DNA of 64,000 nt, taken from assembly GCA_050950765.1 (NCBI GenBank), contig JBMNIF010000001.1:320001-384000 (forward strand), in the 5' to 3' direction. The position numbers and the translations under genes are program-made. Every line of letters starts with the position of its first letter. Positions within the stretch are counted from its first letter, which is position 1. Below the pieces are notes generated by a model, which worked only from the letters and a program-made list of their open reading frames with translations, did no database searches and was not told the DNA's origin. The stretch comes from Bdellovibrionota bacterium (GTDB lineage: Bacteria; Bdellovibrionota_C; UBA2361; JAAYZI01). This document shows, piece after piece, positions 59,763 to 64,000 of this stretch.

Positions 59763-62534
59763 ATGAATGCTTCCACTAATGATACCAATAACAAGGTATA
59801 TCTAATTGATGGCTCAGGATATATCTTTCGTGCTTACTATGCTGTACGAGGGCTGACAACAAGTCACGGGTTCCCGACAAATGCGTTGTACGGCTTTACG
59901 AAGATGTTACTTAAATTATTACTTACACCTGATGCTTCACGGGTGATCGTCTGCTTCGATGTCAGTAAAGATACTTTTAGAAAAGAGCTCTTCCCACAAT
60001 ATAAAGCTAACAGATCGGAATGTCCTGAAGATTTAGTGCCGCAGTTACCTTTTTTTAGAGAGATCTCGGTTGCCTTAGGATTGCGTGTAGCAGAAAAAGA
60101 GGGATTTGAAGCCGATGATATTATCGGAACGTTGGCAAAACGATTTGTTGCTACTGGATCTGAAGTTGTAATCGTCAGTGCAGATAAAGATTTAATGCAG
60201 TTGGTAACGGATAAAGTTACGATTTGGGACACCATGAAAGATGCAAAATATGGTGTTGCTGAAGTTCAAGAAAAAATGGGAGTGCCACCGGAATTAGTTG
60301 TAGACCTCTTGGGTTTAATGGGAGACTCCTCAGATAATATTCCTGGTCTTGCAGGTGTCGGTCCTAAAACAGCGCTACAATTGATTGAAAGGTATGGCAG
60401 TGTTGAAGGTGTTATCGCTTCAGCAAAAGAGATCTCGCAAGATAAAACTATTAGAAATAGGGCAAAGATCTCGCAGCAGATTGAAAGTGATGTTGAGACT
60501 TTGCGCATGAGCAAAACGTTAGCAACTATTGATTGCCAAGCTTCTGTAGATATCAGAGATGCAACGCAGGTTGTAAGCGTTGAAGATGTTGATGATGAGT
60601 TTTTACTTAATCTTGTATGTCGTACAGAACCTGCTTATGAAACGTTGCAAGAGTTGATTGAGAAGCTCGAATTCGCATCGTTGTTTCAAGCAACAAATTT
60701 TGATTTCTCAAAAAAGCAGGGGAAGGTTTCTACTGTTGGTGAATATAAAACTATTTTTAAGAGCAATTTTGAGACTTGGTTGGCTGAGTTTAAACAACAA
60801 ACGGCCTTTGCTTTCGATATTGAAACTACGGCACTGAATGTTTTTGATCTGGATCTAGTAGGTATATCTTTCTGCTGGGATGATGAAAAAGCAAGCTATA
60901 TCCCGTTGGGGCATAAAGAAAATGAATCGGGAGAAGAACAGGTCTCAATTGAAGAATTGATTAAAGCCATTTCACCACACTTAAAAGATCCTCTCATAAA
61001 AAAATACGGACAAAACTTAAAGTTCGATATAAAGGTGCTTTCACGTTACGGTGTTGAGGTAGAGGGAGTGGCGTTTGATACGATGTTGGCTTCGTATCTT
61101 TTAAATTCTGATGGCATAGATCATACGCTGGGGGCTTTAGCGTTGCGTTATTTGGGGGTGACACCTTCTGAATATGAAGATGTTACCAAAGGCTTGCAAG
61201 ACTTCTCTTTTACAAAGATAGCAGCTGCTACGCAGTATGCTGCTGAAGATGCGCATTTGGCGTGGTTATTAACAGCAGGGCTTTTACCCATGATTAAAGA
61301 TCGGGGCTTGCTACACTTGATGGAGGATATCGAGTTGCCGTTGATATCAGTGTTAGCAAAGATGGAGTTGCGCGGGATAAAACTAGACGTTGAAGTGCTG
61401 CAAGCTATGTCAAAAGTTTTAGAGGAGCGTTTAGCACTTTTGATAAAAGATATCTATGAACTTGCGGGAACAGAATTTAATATTAATTCTCCGAAACAGT
61501 TGTCGGAGATCCTTTACAATAAATTACAGATACCGACGAAAGGGGTGCGTAAAATAAAAACAGGATATTCTACGGATTCAGAGACGTTGGAATTTCTTAG
61601 CATTCAACATGATTTACCTCGTTATCTGTTAGAATACAGAATGTTGCATAAATTAAAGAGCACCTATGTTGATGCTTTACCGGCGCAAGTTTCTCCTAAA
61701 ACAAACAGACTACACACACAGTTTAATCAGATGGTAACGGGCACGGGACGTTTATCAAGTTCAGATCCGAATCTGCAAAATATTCCCATTCAAACAGAAG
61801 AGGGGCGAAGTGTTAGAAAAGCTTTTGTTGCAGAAGAGGGACGGTGTTTAATTTCAGCTGATTATTCGCAGATTGAATTGCGAGTTTTAGCGCACCTTAG
61901 TGGCGATGAAAATCTGATTCAAGCTTTTGAAAATGGTGTTGATATCCATGCGCAAACAGCGCGGGAGGTGTTGGAGATAGCCCCTGAAGTTGAAGTAACG
62001 GCGCAAGAAAGACGGATCGGTAAAACTATTAATTTCGGTGTGATCTACGGTATGAGTGCCTTTAGGTTGGGGGAGGATTTAGGAATACCAGTGCGTGTTG
62101 CAAAAAAATATATAGATGATTACTTCGAATATTTTCATGGTGTAAAAGAATTCTTTGATGAAGTTGAAAGTAGCGCCGAAAAAGACGGGTATGTAACGAC
62201 ACTTTTTGGAAGAAGGCGTGTTATTAGTGATATCGATAGCACGGGACGAGATAAAGGATTCTTAAAAAGGGTTGCTATTAATGCTCCGATTCAGGGAACT
62301 GCTGCTGATATTATTAAGTTGGCGATGGTGAGGCTTGAAGCGATATTAACTGAAAAGAGATTGCCCGCAGAGATGATTTTGCAGATTCATGATGAGTTAT
62401 TATTCGAGTGTGACGTAGCATATCAGGAGGATGTGGAGGCGCTTGTTCGTAAAGAAATGGAAGAAATAATACCACTTAGGGTGCCATTGCGCGTTAGTAT
62501 CGGATGTGGGCATAATTGGTATGAGGCACATTGA
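59763..62534 (+). CDS. polA: DNA polymerase I
   Basis: LIDGS, GDSSDNIPG, FDIETT, TGRLSSSDPNLQNIP, ADYSQIELR and LQIHDEL motifs. Confidence 0.97.
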   Translation: MNASTNDTNNKVYLIDGSGYIFRAYYAVRGLTTSHGFPTNALYGFTKMLLKLLLTPDASRVIVCFDVSKDTFRKELFPQYKANRSECPEDLVPQLPFFREISVALGLRVAEKEGFEADDIIGTLAKRFVATGSEVVIVSADKDLMQLVTDKVTIWDTMKDAKYGVAEVQEKMGVPPELVVDLLGLMGDSSDNIPGLAGVGPKTALQLIERYGSVEGVIASAKEISQDKTIRNRAKISQQIESDVETLRMSKTLATIDCQASVDIRDATQVVSVEDVDDEFLLNLVCRTEPAYETLQELIEKLEFASLFQATNFDFSKKQGKVSTVGEYKTIFKSNFETWLAEFKQQTAFAFDIETTALNVFDLDLVGISFCWDDEKASYIPLGHKENESGEEQVSIEELIKAISPHLKDPLIKKYGQNLKFDIKVLSRYGVEVEGVAFDTMLASYLLNSDGIDHTLGALALRYLGVTPSEYEDVTKGLQDFSFTKIAAATQYAAEDAHLAWLLTAGLLPMIKDRGLLHLMEDIELPLISVLAKMELRGIKLDVEVLQAMSKVLEERLALLIKDIYELAGTEFNINSPKQLSEILYNKLQIPTKGVRKIKTGYSTDSETLEFLSIQHDLPRYLLEYRMLHKLKSTYVDALPAQVSPKTNRLHTQFNQMVTGTGRLSSSDPNLQNIPIQTEEGRSVRKAFVAEEGRCLISADYSQIELRVLAHLSGDENLIQAFENGVDIHAQTAREVLEIAPEVEVTAQERRIGKTINFGVIYGMSAFRLGEDLGIPVRVAKKYIDDYFEYFHGVKEFFDEVESSAEKDGYVTTLFGRRRVISDIDSTGRDKGFLKRVAINAPIQGTAADIIKLAMVRLEAILTEKRLPAEMILQIHDELLFECDVAYQEDVEALVRKEMEEIIPLRVPLRVSIGCGHNWYEAH

Positions 62535-62643
62535 TTGTGAGGTGTGTGTGTAAGTGTAGCGCCTTAGAAGTTAAATAATTTTGAGGCAGTGTTGGGTAGG
62601 TTATAACGTGTTTGCACGAGGATTGTTTCATAAAAAAAAGAAG

Positions 62644-63402
62644 GTGACGTCTGCTAAGCGAGAGAGTCCGGACGATATTGCATTGGTTGAACGTGCCAAG
62701 CACGGTGATAAGGATGCCTATAAAATTCTCGTTGAAAAATATCAGAAGAGGGTTTTCTCGATAGCTTATGAAGTGACGCGCTCTTTTGAGGATGCTGAGG
62801 ATGTGGCGCAAGAAACTTTTGTTAAGGCTTATCTTTCACTGCGTAATTTTAAAGGGGAGTCCTCTTTTTATACTTGGTTGTATCGCATCGCTTATAATAT
62901 GTCGATTGATGTTAGGCGTCGTTGTAGTAGACGTGGTAGTCATGTTGAGTTTGAAGAGTCAGAATCTGCTGCTGCTTATGTAGCGAACTCAGCAGGTGGA
63001 GCGGCTTTTGTTGAGCCTGTTACGGCGTTGGCTCGGAAGGAAGAGGCTAAAAAAATCAGTGCGGCATTGGAGAAACTTTCGGAAGAGCATCGTGCTATAA
63101 TTCTCTTGAGGGAAGTTGAGGGGCTTTCTTATGATGAGATAGCGGAGACGTTGAAGATTCAAAAAGGCACAGTTATGAGTAGGATCTTTTATGCACGTAA
63201 GCAGTTGCAAAAATCGTTGATTGATCTTGCTCCAAACTTGGGGAAGTCTTTAGAAAAGGGAGGTGCTGCTGACTGTGAAAGGGTTTTAATGAGTGATGAT
63301 TTTGTAAAAAAAGAAGGTTGTAAGGAAAAATTGAATAAAAATAAGGCGATATACGTCAATGCAGGGAGTGCAAGGAGTGAAGTCGGAGTGGGGAACTTAT
63401 GA
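62644..63402 (+). CDS. ECF RNA polymerase sigma factor (RpoE-like); start uncertain, GTG 62644 likely
   Basis: DAEDVAQETFVKAY, FYTWLYRIA.N and LSYDEIA..GTVMSR motifs. Confidence 0.9.
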   Translation: MTSAKRESPDDIALVERAKHGDKDAYKILVEKYQKRVFSIAYEVTRSFEDAEDVAQETFVKAYLSLRNFKGESSFYTWLYRIAYNMSIDVRRRCSRRGSHVEFEESESAAAYVANSAGGAAFVEPVTALARKEEAKKISAALEKLSEEHRAIILLREVEGLSYDEIAETLKIQKGTVMSRIFYARKQLQKSLIDLAPNLGKSLEKGGAADCERVLMSDDFVKKEGCKEKLNKNKAIYVNAGSARSEVGVGNL

Positions 63403-64000
63403 AAAACGAAGATTTCGAATTAACTGACAAACAGAAAGTGTTATTGCAACGTTTTTTTGATGATGAATGTGTCTTTCTTACTAAGTGGGCAGCAAGGAAA
63501 CTTATTAGAAACAATGAGTCAGCACGATCTTATATAGCTGATTTGCAACGAGTAAATAGTGCGCTTTGTCGTGACTTTGAAGATGTTGAAAAGAATTATA
63601 AAGTTGACCTATGGGAAGGTGTTGCTCGTAGGATTGAACAGGAAAATAGGGCAGCGATCTTTTTAGGAGAGCGGAAGGAGGGTACTGAAAAACGACAGGT
63701 TAGTAATTTTTGGTGGAGCTTTTCAGGAGTTACTGTAACTATGGCGGCGGGGGTGGTTTCTTTTATGTTAGCAAGTCAGCCGACGCCTCCTTCTTTTGAA
63801 CAAGATCATTCGCCTAATCAGCCGCAACTCTTTAGCACTCCACTTAATGGTGCAGCTCCCAATATTGCTAATGTTTCATTTGGGGATACTTCCGACAACT
63901 CTTTTCAGAGACCGTTACACTTTGCTGATGATTCTGCGGTGGAGGTTGATTGGATTAAAAGTGATGGTAGAGTTTCTCTTATTAGGGGACGATCTCCTAA
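63399..64000 (+). CDS. Probable transmembrane anti-sigma factor (partial, runs off the window)
   Basis: ATG overlaps the sigma stop (ATGA); MKNEDFE..LQRFFDDEC..DLWEGVARRI followed by a hydrophobic segment. Confidence 0.65.
   Translation, partial: MKNEDFELTDKQKVLLQRFFDDECVFLTKWAARKLIRNNESARSYIADLQRVNSALCRDFEDVEKNYKVDLWEGVARRIEQENRAAIFLGERKEGTEKRQVSNFWWSFSGVTVTMAAGVVSFMLASQPTPPSFEQDHSPNQPQLFSTPLNGAAPNIANVSFGDTSDNSFQRPLHFADDSAVEVDWIKSDGRVSLIRGRSP

Noticed and set aside
1..64000. tRNA, rRNA or tmRNA genes
   Set aside because: No cloverleaf/T-loop pattern or rRNA-like stretch was recognised in the intergenic regions.

Overview
A 64 kb AT-rich bacterial chromosomal segment. Housekeeping genes include trmFO, hflX, rpmB, a hisF-hisIE fusion, prmA, polA and an ECF sigma/anti-sigma pair. 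Metabolic loci are a GT4 glycosyltransferase with a GH57 hydrolase, an oleA-oleBC-oleD olefin cluster, a NifU-like/GGGtGRT pair and rubrerythrin. There are also two-component genes, an RloA/RloB (AbiL-like) defence pair and two near-identical copies of an IS1634/IS4-like element. Two structures are not explained by standard annotation. (1) At 26.57-32.1 kb, five head-to-tail cassettes each carry a very divergent, more GC-rich ORF between near-identical ~560-600 bp non-coding linkers. The linkers contain a stop-codon-anchored 16-bp palindrome, a switchable hairpin/terminator and a hairpin with compensatory substitutions, and they are mosaics of one another. (2) Seven clusters of a modular repeat are built from an 11-bp core (GGGTGGCACCA) joining shuffled modules. 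They bracket AT-rich cargo genes, and one is the target of the IS. Several genes are broken by single-base indels in G/C runs, which may be phase variation or assembly error. All calls were made by eye from the sequence and ORF track; no database searches were run.
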